From an uncultured Candidatus Saccharibacteria bacterium (lineage in GTDB: Bacteria > Patescibacteriota > Minisyncoccia > Phycocordibacterales > UBA918): a stretch of DNA of 64,000 nt. The position numbers were made by a program, and so were the translations under genes. Shown here piece after piece: positions 16,212 through 24,981 of the stretch. The DNA lies in assembly GCA_964624165.1 (NCBI GenBank), contig CAZUWG010000002.1, forward strand, positions 10,410 through 74,409, given 5' to 3'. The notes beneath the pieces were generated by a model. That model did not search any database. It saw only the letters and a list, made by a program, of their open reading frames with translations, and was not told the DNA's origin. Numbering within the stretch: the stretch's first letter is position 1; the number at the start of each line of letters is the position of its first letter.

Positions 16212-17771
16212 TTAGTTGGTGATAGTTACCTCCTGTCCTTCATATAATCCTCGTGCGTCAAAAATAAAACGAGTCGATACATCGATACCACTTTCAATTT
16301 CTACTTGAGTGCCTTGGATAGTTTTGTAGGTGATAGGGAGTGCGCGGACACGATTGTCTTCTACAGTAAAGATAAAGCTATCGTTACCCACAAACTTGAT
16401 AGCATTAATAGGTACTAAGAGTCGAGCCACTTGTTCTTTAACGATGGTATCGTCAGTAAGACTGATGGCGACACTGCTGCCGTTGGTGAGGGTGGTATCG
16501 TCAGTAGCGATTTTTATTTCTGTCTTTAAAGTATTTGGGTCAATCGCGGGAGAGATGTTGACTACAGTGCCGTCGATACGGCCTTCAATTTTTACTGTTT
16601 GGCCAATCTCAAATGAAGCGAGGTCATTCTCACCAGCAAAAATTGATACTTCTAAAGAACCATTATTTGCAATTTCTGCGATTGGAGCAAAGGCGCTCAC
16701 AAAATCACCAGTGTTTACATGAAGAATGTTGACTGTACCGCTGATGGGGGTACGCATAATGGTTTTAAACAGACGTGATTGTGCGGCGCGTAAACTGCCG
16801 AGAGCTTGTTTTACTTGTGCGTCAGCGGCATTAAGGTCTGGATTGGTGGCGCCGATTTGTGCTTTGCGCAACACATCTTCAGCAGTCGTGATAGATCTGC
16901 CGGTTGCTTCGAGTGATTGGACGGTGTTTTGTAGAGAAGCTCTTGTGGCAATCAGGCCAGGAGCAAAACTGCTTACTGCGACTCCATCAAGGGTTTCGTT
17001 TTTCACGGCACTGCTGGTGTTGGAGATAAAGATATCCAGGAGCTCAATCACTGCTCGGGTATGAGTAATTGCGCGCGAAAGTTCTGTTTCGACAGACTCA
17101 GAGCTAACAGTTTCTATGCTGTTTTCCCAACTCGTAAGATTCGCTTCAAGGGCGATTCGTTTGTCGTTGATACGTGGGGCATTGCCAACGTCAATACGCA
17201 CACCTGGAATCTGTGATCTTGGATTACTAAAAAACCTATCAATATCAAAAATGACGGCAGTGTAGGCAGTGTTATATGCTTGCTTATATACAGTAACCGC
17301 GTTTTGCTTGGCGGCCATGAGGTCGTTTTGTGCGTCTTCAACACTTACGCGACTAGATGCTTGAGCAGCTAAAGCGGCTTCATATGCACCTTGCGCCTGA
17401 AGGACAGCGGCTCTTTCCGCAGAATTTTCAATGCTAGCAATAAGACTGCCAGCTGCAACGGTGTCGCCAGCTTTAACACTCACGCTAGTGATACGGCCAG
17501 CTCCTTCAGACTTGATCGCTGCTTCGCTAACCGCGCGTACTGTGCCTACAAACTCACGACTATCTGTAGCACTTAAATCAGACACCGTACCAACCCTGAC
17601 CACAGGGACAGGAGTGGTAAGAGGCTCCTTTGAGGTGTCGGGGGAAAGAAACTGAGTACCTACAAAAAGAGCCGCGAGTATAAGTAATACTCGGATCGCG
17701 TTGTTGCGCTTTGTGAGGGGCCAGACGTAAAAAGAGAGGTCTTCCCCAACAGCTTTTATAATATTCAGCAT
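16212..17771 (-). CDS. RND efflux periplasmic adaptor (membrane-fusion protein, HlyD family)
   Basis: N-terminal anchor, a long alpha-helical hairpin region and beta-barrel/lipoyl-like segments (ISGTVNILHVNTGDFV...). Directly upstream of and co-oriented with the RND permease, 3-nt gap. Confidence 0.8.
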   Translation of the reverse strand: MLNIIKAVGEDLSFYVWPLTKRNNAIRVLLILAALFVGTQFLSPDTSKEPLTTPVPVVRVGTVSDLSATDSREFVGTVRAVSEAAIKSEGAGRITSVSVKAGDTVAAGSLIASIENSAERAAVLQAQGAYEAALAAQASSRVSVEDAQNDLMAAKQNAVTVYKQAYNTAYTAVIFDIDRFFSNPRSQIPGVRIDVGNAPRINDKRIALEANLTSWENSIETVSSESVETELSRAITHTRAVIELLDIFISNTSSAVKNETLDGVAVSSFAPGLIATRASLQNTVQSLEATGRSITTAEDVLRKAQIGATNPDLNAADAQVKQALGSLRAAQSRLFKTIMRTPISGTVNILHVNTGDFVSAFAPIAEIANNGSLEVSIFAGENDLASFEIGQTVKIEGRIDGTVVNISPAIDPNTLKTEIKIATDDTTLTNGSSVAISLTDDTIVKEQVARLLVPINAIKFVGNDSFIFTVEDNRVRALPITYKTIQGTQVEIESGIDVSTRFIFDARGLYEGQEVTITN

Positions 17772-17826
17772 AGCATGTATTAATTAGTGAACCGCACAAG
17801 GATACTACAAAAAATAGCTTTAGTCA

Positions 17827-18207
17827 ATGCCTAGGGCTCTTTCTGCAGTAGGTATGATTTGGTGTTTTCGTAAACCTTGTTACAATAACCAGTGTATGTT
17901 TGGAAAACTAAAAAACATGGCCATGAAGAAGTTGCTAGATTCGCAACTCAAAAATGTGCCCGAAGATCAAAAAAAGATGATTATGGAATTGGTGGAAAAA
18001 GATCCTGAGCTTTTTAAAAAAATTGCTACGGAGTTACAAGCAGAAATGAAGGCTAATGGCAGTAATCAAATGAATGCAGCCATGAAGGTATTGCCAAAGT
18101 ATCAAAAAGAAATTATGGCGATTATGTCACCTGAAATGAAACAAAAAATGGCGGCAATGGCTGGAGGGGCGCAAGGACGATTTAATCCTGACGGCTCGAT
18201 TCGCTAG
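17827..18207 (+). CDS. hypothetical Met/Lys-rich small protein
   Basis: 126-aa ORF (true start probably MFGKL or MAMKKL); many Met residues (KKMIMELVEKDPELFKK...EIMAIMSPEMKQKMAAMAGG). Divergent from the RND operon. Confidence 0.35.
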   Translation: MPRALSAVGMIWCFRKPCYNNQCMFGKLKNMAMKKLLDSQLKNVPEDQKKMIMELVEKDPELFKKIATELQAEMKANGSNQMNAAMKVLPKYQKEIMAIMSPEMKQKMAAMAGGAQGRFNPDGSIR

Positions 18208-18229
18208 TTGGTATCAAGATATGCACAGC

Positions 18230-18266
18230 AAAAGCGGCGCGGGAGCAAAGCTCCCGCGCCGCTTTG
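18230..18266. terminator. intrinsic terminator
   Basis: AAAGCGGCGCGGGAGC-AAA-GCTCCCGCGCCGCTTTG. Confidence 0.7.
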
Positions 18267-18299
18267 CTATACTAATAAATATATAAATTAACTGTCTTT

Positions 18300-18875
18300 A
18301 TGAAAAACATCCTCGTCCTACTCGGAAATCCAGATAAAGAAACGTACTCCGGCAGTATTGCAGACACTTACGAAACTGCCGCTAGAACAGCTGGACACAT
18401 CGTCTCGCGCGTCAATATAAGCGAACTGGATTTTGATCCTATCCTTCATAAGGGATATCGTGAAATTCAAGCCCTTGAGCCTGATTTGGTCGAACTTCAA
18501 GAAAAATTTCGGGCGGCAGATCATATTGTCATTATCTATCCCAACTGGTGGTGTACGATGCCAGCGATTCTTAAAGGACTATTTGATCGTATGTGGCTTC
18601 CTGGTTTTGCTTTTAATTTTAACAAACAAACCAAGAAAATTGAGCAGCACCTTAAAGGCAAGACTGGTCGTGTCATTATTGTAGCTGGTACACATTCGCC
18701 CTTTAAAACTTGGTGGAAGTTTGGAGATTACACCAATGAAATTCAGCACGGCATACTTGGCTTTGCTGGGATCAAGACCGGAGTAACAGCGTTTGGTCCG
18801 TGCGAAAAAGTTGATGACGCCAGACGTGCAAAATGGCTCCAAAAAGTCGCGCTTTTAGCAGAGGCCGGAAAATAG
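18300..18875 (+). CDS. flavodoxin-like-fold NAD(P)H-dependent oxidoreductase (NQO1/MdaB/YwrO-like)
   Basis: MKNILVLLGNPDKETYSGS...DHIVIIYPNWWCTMPAILKGLFDRMWLPGFAF, characteristic of the Flavodoxin_2 family. Confidence 0.7.
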   Translation: MKNILVLLGNPDKETYSGSIADTYETAARTAGHIVSRVNISELDFDPILHKGYREIQALEPDLVELQEKFRAADHIVIIYPNWWCTMPAILKGLFDRMWLPGFAFNFNKQTKKIEQHLKGKTGRVIIVAGTHSPFKTWWKFGDYTNEIQHGILGFAGIKTGVTAFGPCEKVDDARRAKWLQKVALLAEAGK

Positions 18876-18940
18876 CCTCTGACCGCCTACTTTCAGCTGA
18901 CAGTTTTTATTTTTCTAAAATCTGTTAAGCTAGACCCACT

Positions 18941-20041
18941 ATGTCATTATCGGTCGGAATTGTCGGGTTGCCAAACGTTGGGAAATCAACGCTTTTTAAT
19001 GCTTTAACGAGAAAAGAAGTTTTGATGGCGAATTATCCTTTTGCCACTATTGACCCATCTGTGGGAGTGGTGCAAGTGCCTGATCATCGACTCGCCACAC
19101 TTGCGACGATCTCAAAAAGTGAAAAGACTGTGCCGGCCATTGTGGAGTTTGTGGATATTGCCGGTTTGGTAAAAGGCGCTTCGGCTGGTGAGGGTCTTGG
19201 AAATCAGTTTTTAAGTAATATTCGTGAGGTCAACATGATTGCAGAAGTAGTACGGATTTTTGAAGACGAGGATATTCATCATGTCGCTGGCGCGATTGAT
19301 CCCATGTCTGATATTGAGGTGATCAACCTAGAGCTGATCTTGGCGGATCAAGAAACCGTCGCCAAACGTCTGTCTTCACTTGAACGAGATGTGCGACGAG
19401 GAGACAAGACATCACTTCTTGAAAAAAGTGTACTGGAAGAAGTAGATCGCACACTCGCGAAAGGTCAGATGGCCAACACTCTTTCGCTTACAAAAGAAGA
19501 ACAAAAGATTTTGAAAAGCCTCAACCTTCTGACGGTAAAGAAAATACTTTATGTTTGCAATAAAAAAACGGGTGCGTTTAATATCGACGAACAAAATGAT
19601 GCGCGGTGGCAAGAGCTGGTCTCGTTCTTTGAAACCACTGGTGCAGCCTATGTCGTGGTAGATGCAGGCGTGGAGCATGAGCTCAAAGATATGGAAGAAG
19701 ATGAAAAAATGGAGTTTCGTCGCGAGTATGGCGCGCAAGATAGTGGAATTGACGGCTTGATTCGTGAAAGTTATCGCGCGCTAGGACTTATTAGCTACTT
19801 TACCACCGGAGAAAAAGAGACGCGCGCGTGGACTATTAAGGAGGGAAGTACAGCGCCTGAGGCGGCTGGCGTCATTCATACTGATTTTCAAAACAAGTTT
19901 ATTAGAGCGCAGGTGGTCAATTTTGAGGACCTAGTAAACGCTGGCTCGCTTGCCGCTGCGCGTGAGGCAGGGAAGGTGAAGACGGAAGGGAAAGAGTACG
20001 TTGTCAAAAATGGTGATGTGATGGAGTTTTTGCACTCATAA
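18941..20041 (+). CDS. ychF: ribosome-binding ATPase YchF
   Basis: GIVGLPNVGKSTLFNALT P-loop, the Obg-like GTPase domain, and the C-terminal TGS domain (TGEKETRAWTIKEGSTAPEAAGVIHTDFQNKFIRAQVV). Confidence 0.9.
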   Translation: MSLSVGIVGLPNVGKSTLFNALTRKEVLMANYPFATIDPSVGVVQVPDHRLATLATISKSEKTVPAIVEFVDIAGLVKGASAGEGLGNQFLSNIREVNMIAEVVRIFEDEDIHHVAGAIDPMSDIEVINLELILADQETVAKRLSSLERDVRRGDKTSLLEKSVLEEVDRTLAKGQMANTLSLTKEEQKILKSLNLLTVKKILYVCNKKTGAFNIDEQNDARWQELVSFFETTGAAYVVVDAGVEHELKDMEEDEKMEFRREYGAQDSGIDGLIRESYRALGLISYFTTGEKETRAWTIKEGSTAPEAAGVIHTDFQNKFIRAQVVNFEDLVNAGSLAAAREAGKVKTEGKEYVVKNGDVMEFLHS

Positions 20042-20080
20042 CACAAAGGGGCGGGAGCGAAGCTCCCGCCCCTTTGTGTT
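20042..20080. terminator. intrinsic terminator
   Basis: CACAAAGGGGCGGGAGC-GAA-GCTCCCGCCCCTTTGTGTT, a perfect palindrome with an A-tract and T-tract on either side. Confidence 0.75.
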
Positions 20081-20091
20081 AGAATTACCAC

Positions 20092-20634
20092 ATGCATCAT
20101 CTACTGCGAGTGATAAAACGTGCGCCACAAACACTTCTCCTATTGCCGTTTATCACAGCTTTTATTCTCACTGTCGTGCTTTGGTTGCAAAATCCGGGGC
20201 TTTATTTTTCATTACTTTTTTCTTCAAGTCTTTCGTTTAATGAACGACTGCATTTTTTAGGAGGTATCTACACCTCACTTCTTACTAATTTTTCAGTTTT
20301 TGGCGCAGTAGCAACGGTGATGCTGGCGGCGCTTTTTGCTCTTTATCTGCTCTTGTTTATACTGTACGTCAAGCGAAGCAAAGGAGCTAATGGTGTAAAA
20401 AGTGGAGCGATTGGAATGATGGGTTTTATAGCCGGGCTTTTTGGAGTGGGCTGTGCGGCATGCGGAGTGGTAATTTTTTCTAGCCTGCTTGGGCTTTTTG
20501 GAGGCGTCGCTCTTCTTGCTGTACTGCCGTTTGAAGGGGCGGAGTTTGCACTGCTCGGGTCATTTATTATGGTTATCGGCATTTTCTATCTCCTACGAAG
20601 ACTGGACGATCCGCTGGTATGTCCTATTGAGTAG
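20092..20634 (+). CDS. hypothetical polytopic membrane protein
   Basis: 180 aa with 4-5 hydrophobic helices and Gly-rich TMs (GFIAGLFGVGCAACGVVIFSSLLGLFGG). Confidence 0.45.
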   Translation: MHHLLRVIKRAPQTLLLLPFITAFILTVVLWLQNPGLYFSLLFSSSLSFNERLHFLGGIYTSLLTNFSVFGAVATVMLAALFALYLLLFILYVKRSKGANGVKSGAIGMMGFIAGLFGVGCAACGVVIFSSLLGLFGGVALLAVLPFEGAEFALLGSFIMVIGIFYLLRRLDDPLVCPIE

Positions 20635-20651
20635 CGTTATACTATAGGTAT

Positions 20652-21530
20652 ATGAAAACACATACACCAAAACACGTCGCGTTGCAGCTGGCGTCTCTTA
20701 TTACACTCTATGTTTCCCTCACCGCATTTTTAGTGGTGGCCTTTGGAGTCATAGACTTGACCTTCAAGGATGTGATTGATAGCTGGGAGTATACCAGCAC
20801 CCAAGGAAGTGTCCGCTTTTCAATTGCACTGTTGGTGGTATTTTTTCCTGCCTATCTCTTTTTGACACGAAAGACCAATCAGGTGAAACGAAGTGAGGAC
20901 TCCACCTACGCTACGCTCACAAAATGGCTCGTCTACCTTTCCTTAGTGGTAGGGGGATTGGTTTTCTTGGGTAACTTAGTGGCGGTTTTGTATGCCTTTC
21001 TTGAAGGAGAGATTACGACTCGTTTTATTCTCAAGTCTGGCTCTTTGGCACTAATGATCGGTTTTGCTGGCTTTTATTATATTAAGGATGCGCAAGAGTA
21101 TTGGCAAACACACGAGCGACAATCTCTATTTGCCGGCGCAGTGGCGAGTATTCTGGTCGCTGTAGTGCTTGTATTTGGCTTTGTCTCTCTTGATACTCCT
21201 GCCGAAGTGCGAGAGCAGCGTATAGATGATATTCAGGTGAATGATTTACAAAATATACAATACAGCATTGAAGAGTATTATCGCCTCAATGAAGTGCTGC
21301 CATCTGATTTGAAGGCAGTTGGTGAGTACCAACCACCAGAAGGACGAGCTGCATATACGTATCACGTAGTAGATGCTACGAGCTATGAATTGTGCGCCAC
21401 CTTTACTACCGATAATACGGCACAACGAGGCATGAGCACTCGGCCAGTACCAGTATTTGATATGTATTCTTGGGAACACGGGGTGGGTGAGGAGTGCTTT
21501 ACTCGGCGGATCGAGAGATTGAAAATGTAA
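20652..21530 (+). CDS. hypothetical membrane protein with Cys-containing C-terminal extracytoplasmic domain
   Basis: 292 aa with about 6 TM segments, followed by a soluble C-terminal region (QNIQYSIEEYYRLNEVLPSDL...YELCATF...GEECF). Confidence 0.45.
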   Translation: MKTHTPKHVALQLASLITLYVSLTAFLVVAFGVIDLTFKDVIDSWEYTSTQGSVRFSIALLVVFFPAYLFLTRKTNQVKRSEDSTYATLTKWLVYLSLVVGGLVFLGNLVAVLYAFLEGEITTRFILKSGSLALMIGFAGFYYIKDAQEYWQTHERQSLFAGAVASILVAVVLVFGFVSLDTPAEVREQRIDDIQVNDLQNIQYSIEEYYRLNEVLPSDLKAVGEYQPPEGRAAYTYHVVDATSYELCATFTTDNTAQRGMSTRPVPVFDMYSWEHGVGEECFTRRIERLKM

Positions 21531-21532
21531 TT

Positions 21533-21901
21533 ATGAATGAAAAAAGTTTGCGTACACCTTCTACCGACACAGCGTATCAACATATAAAAGCTAAGCGAAT
21601 CAACGAAGGGTACAACGGATGTCCTTTATGCGAAGAGGTAACTCTTCAAGAGTTTGAGCACTGGCGCTTGGTGGCAAATGAATATCCTTACGATCGAATT
21701 GCTGAGATACACCATATGCTCATTCCCAAAGCTCATGTTGATCAAGTTGGTGTTTCTTCGCTTGCCTGGCAAGAGTACGCAGCACTGAAGGAAACATTTA
21801 TCAGCGAAAATTACGGGTACATTTTAGAAACAACACATAAAAATAAATCCGTACCAAGACATTTTCATGTGCATTTGATTGTGGTGAAGGAGGAGGTGTA
21901 G
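21533..21901 (+). CDS. HIT-family (histidine triad) nucleotide hydrolase
   Basis: Histidine triad HFHVHLI (HxHxHxx) near the C-terminus and a CPLC pair at the N-terminus. Start reassigned to ATG 21533, just after the upstream stop at 21530. Confidence 0.75.
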   Translation: MNEKSLRTPSTDTAYQHIKAKRINEGYNGCPLCEEVTLQEFEHWRLVANEYPYDRIAEIHHMLIPKAHVDQVGVSSLAWQEYAALKETFISENYGYILETTHKNKSVPRHFHVHLIVVKEEV

Positions 21902-21940
21902 AAAAACAGGCGGCGAGGCTTTGCCTCGCCGCCTGTTTTC
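21902..21940. terminator. intrinsic terminator
   Basis: AAAAACAGGCGGCGAGGC-TTT-GCCTCGCCGCCTGTTTTC. Confidence 0.7.
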
Positions 21941-21974
21941 CATTCTCACTAAACTGTGGCACAATGATTTCACT

Positions 21975-24830
21975 ATGCACAAAAAATTTGATCACAAAGC
22001 GCTTGAGCAAAAATGGCAAAATGACTGGTCGGAATCAAAGGTGTACCGCACTGATTCTGCTTCAAAAAAGCCGAAAGTCTTTGTACTTGATATGTTCCCT
22101 TATCCCTCTGGAGAAGGGCTGCATGTCGGTCATCCGAAAGGGTTTATCGCGACTGATATTTATTCGCGAATGAAGCGAATGAATGGATTTGAAGTGCTTC
22201 ACCCAATGGGGTGGGACGCGTTTGGCTTGCCGGCTGAAAACTATGCCCTCAAGAATAAAGTGCATCCAAGAGTGGCGGTTGATAAAAATATCGCCAACTT
22301 CAAATCTCAGCTTTCAAAACTCGGTCTCGATTATGATTGGTCACGAGAAATTAATACGACGGATCCCCATTTTTATAAGTGGACACAATGGATTTTTATT
22401 CAGTTGTTTAAAAAAGGTTTAGCCTATGAGAGTCATGAGCCGATCAACTGGTGTCCAGGGTGTCAGACCGGCCTCGCCAATGAAGACCTCGAGAGCGATG
22501 GCACCTGCGAACGGTGCGGCAGTGTGGTTGAAAAACGACCAATGCGGCAGTGGGTTTTGAAGATTCGTGAGTATGCGGATCGGATGCTTGAAGATCTTGA
22601 TACGCTTGAGTGGCCAGAACATATTAAAGAAGCCCAACGCAACTGGATTGGACGCTCAGAAGGCGCTGAAATCGATTTTGCACTCTCGTCAGGAGATATT
22701 GTCACTGTCTTTACCACTAGACCAGACACGCTGTTTGGCGCTACCTATATGGTATTAGCGCCAGAGCACGAGCTAGTACAAAAAAATAAAGACACCGTCA
22801 GCAATTGGGAAGAAGTGTCCGCCTACATTACAAAAGCTGCCAACAAAAAAGAGATGGATCGTCTTGATGACACCAGGGAAAAAACCGGCGTAAAGCTTGA
22901 AGGCATTACTGCCACCAATCCAGCCAGCGGAGAAGAAATACCCGTCTATATAGCTGACTACGTACTAGCTAGCTACGGAACTGGGGCAATCATGGCCGTC
23001 CCCGCGCATGATGAACGCGACTATGCATTTGCAAATAAGTTTGGAATTGAAATACGTCCAGTAATACGAAAAGTATTTGGAGAACCACTTTCCAATCCAG
23101 TACCGCGTACAGCTGTAGGTGCAATCGTACACGACACTAAGACAGATAAGTATTTAATACAGTACTCGCACGAGTTTGAAAAGCATTCCTTTATTTTTGG
23201 TGGTTTAGAAGCAGGTGAAACCTATGCTGAAGCAGCTGTGCGGGAAACTTTAGAAGAGACTGGTTATCATACCCAATTTGTGCGTTATATCACCGAAGAA
23301 ACTGAATCGCATTTCTACCACCCGGGCAAAAAAATTAACAGAGCGCTTGTGAGTCGTCGAGTATTGCTTGAGTTAACTAATGATGTACCAGAGTCAGTGT
23401 CTCAAGAAGAGCTCGCAAAGCAAAAGCCAGTCTGGTTAACGGTCGATGAACTACGCACAAAATTAGTCGACATTTTAGAAGAGAAATACGCCATCGAGCA
23501 ATTGTTTAACCCTCATCCATACACCAGCGACGGCACTCTGTGCCATTCTGGTGAGTTCGATGGCCTGGATTCCGAACAAGCCAAGCAGGCTATTGTTGAA
23601 AAAGTTGGCGGACGGATTACTAAGACGTACAAAATTAAAGATTGGGTCTTTTCACGTCAGCGCTATTGGGGTGAACCTTTCCCGATAGTACACGCAGAAG
23701 ATGGGAAGGCGTATCCGGTCGCGTTTGAGCAGCTCCCCGTGGAGTTACCAGAAGTGGAGCACTATGAGCCAGCGGGAGATGGGCAGTCGCCTTTAGCGAC
23801 CATCCCGGACTGGGTAAATGTCACTGGCTACCTCAATGAAGCAGGTGATTTTGTGGTAGCAAATGAAGCACCTGCTGGCAAAACTCTCATGAAGGGTAAG
23901 CGAGAGACCAACACCATGCCACAATGGGCAGGCAGTAGCTGGTATTACCTGCGTTATATCGATCCTCAAAACGAAGACGTGTTGGTTGACTCAGTAAAAG
24001 AAAAAGACTGGCAACCGGTTGATGTGTATGTTGGTGGTGATCACGCAGTGCGTCACCTTATTTACGCGCGTTTTTGGCACAAGTTTCTCTACGATATTAA
24101 TGTCGTCTCGACACTTGAGCCGTTCCAGCGACTTGAATTCCTTGGATTTATTTTGGCCGAAGATGGTCGAAAAATGAGCAAACGGTGGGGGAATGTAATC
24201 AACCCTGACGATATTGTGGCTTTGGTAGGAGCCGATACGCTTCGTATCTACGAGATGTTTATGGGACCATTTGAAAATACGATTGCTTGGAGCCAAAATG
24301 GTGTAGTAGGAGCGCGGCGCTTTTTGGAGCGCGTCAATGGACTTTCAGAGCACATAAAAGATGAAGAAACGAAAAGCATCACGGCGTTACTTCATAAAAC
24401 TATCAAGAAAATACGAGATGATATTGAAGGCTTTAAATTTAATACCGCCGTGAGCGCTATGATGGTGTACCTAAACGAGGCGGAAAAAGCTGGCATCACA
24501 AAAGAAAATTATCTATCATTCCTCAAACTTTTGGCCCCGTTTGCGCCCCACCTTACCGAAGAGCTCTGGCGTCAGGCTGGTGAGAAAAATAGTATTCACA
24601 CAGCCTCTTTCCCGGTGTACGAAGAAACACTTGCTAAAGATGAAACTGTTACTATTGGGGTACAGGTCAATGGAAAAGTGCGAGGCGATATTGTAATTGC
24701 GCCTGATGCGACAGAAGAAGAAGCACTTAAAGAAGCCCGAGCGCACGAGAATGTGGAAAAGTGGCTTAAAGGAGCTGCGTTGAAAAAGGTTATTTACCGA
24801 CCAGGAAAGATTTTAAATGTGATTGTATAA
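21975..24830 (+). CDS. leuS: leucyl-tRNA synthetase carrying an inserted Nudix hydrolase domain
   Basis: HIGH (HVGHPKG), the CP1 editing domain (TTRPDTLFGATYMVLAPEH...GTGAIMAVPAHDERDYAFA) and KMSKS (KMSKRWGN). Between the end of the editing domain and the conserved SGEFDGL...DWVFSRQRYWGEPFP block lies a ~135-aa insertion with a textbook Nudix box GGLEAGETYAEAAVRETLEETGY (Gx5Ex7REUxEExGU). Start set to ATG 21975 (MHKKFDHKALEQKWQNDW), because the track start at 21921 lies inside the upstream terminator hairpin. Confidence 0.9.
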   Translation: MHKKFDHKALEQKWQNDWSESKVYRTDSASKKPKVFVLDMFPYPSGEGLHVGHPKGFIATDIYSRMKRMNGFEVLHPMGWDAFGLPAENYALKNKVHPRVAVDKNIANFKSQLSKLGLDYDWSREINTTDPHFYKWTQWIFIQLFKKGLAYESHEPINWCPGCQTGLANEDLESDGTCERCGSVVEKRPMRQWVLKIREYADRMLEDLDTLEWPEHIKEAQRNWIGRSEGAEIDFALSSGDIVTVFTTRPDTLFGATYMVLAPEHELVQKNKDTVSNWEEVSAYITKAANKKEMDRLDDTREKTGVKLEGITATNPASGEEIPVYIADYVLASYGTGAIMAVPAHDERDYAFANKFGIEIRPVIRKVFGEPLSNPVPRTAVGAIVHDTKTDKYLIQYSHEFEKHSFIFGGLEAGETYAEAAVRETLEETGYHTQFVRYITEETESHFYHPGKKINRALVSRRVLLELTNDVPESVSQEELAKQKPVWLTVDELRTKLVDILEEKYAIEQLFNPHPYTSDGTLCHSGEFDGLDSEQAKQAIVEKVGGRITKTYKIKDWVFSRQRYWGEPFPIVHAEDGKAYPVAFEQLPVELPEVEHYEPAGDGQSPLATIPDWVNVTGYLNEAGDFVVANEAPAGKTLMKGKRETNTMPQWAGSSWYYLRYIDPQNEDVLVDSVKEKDWQPVDVYVGGDHAVRHLIYARFWHKFLYDINVVSTLEPFQRLEFLGFILAEDGRKMSKRWGNVINPDDIVALVGADTLRIYEMFMGPFENTIAWSQNGVVGARRFLERVNGLSEHIKDEETKSITALLHKTIKKIRDDIEGFKFNTAVSAMMVYLNEAEKAGITKENYLSFLKLLAPFAPHLTEELWRQAGEKNSIHTASFPVYEETLAKDETVTIGVQVNGKVRGDIVIAPDATEEEALKEARAHENVEKWLKGAALKKVIYRPGKILNVIV

Positions 24831-24835
24831 GGGTA

Positions 24836-24879
24836 AAACCATAAAGGCGAGGAAGCGAAGCTTCCCCGCCTTTATGGTT
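24836..24879. terminator. intrinsic terminator
   Basis: AACCATAAAGGCGAGGAAGC-GAA-GCTTCCCCGCCTTTATGGTT. Confidence 0.7.
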
Positions 24880-24981
24880 GCTCTACACTGTTGACCAGCA
24901 GTCAACCCTATGTTATAAATAAGCCTAACGCATAGAGAGCAACGCAAGTTGCTTTGAACAAAATAGCAAATTAATGAAGTT

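Noticed and set aside
16330-17064. Plus-strand ORFs of 130 and 112 aa inside the RND adaptor gene
   Set aside because: Antisense shadows of a well-supported 519-aa adaptor gene; Ser/Thr/Val-rich, with no domain.
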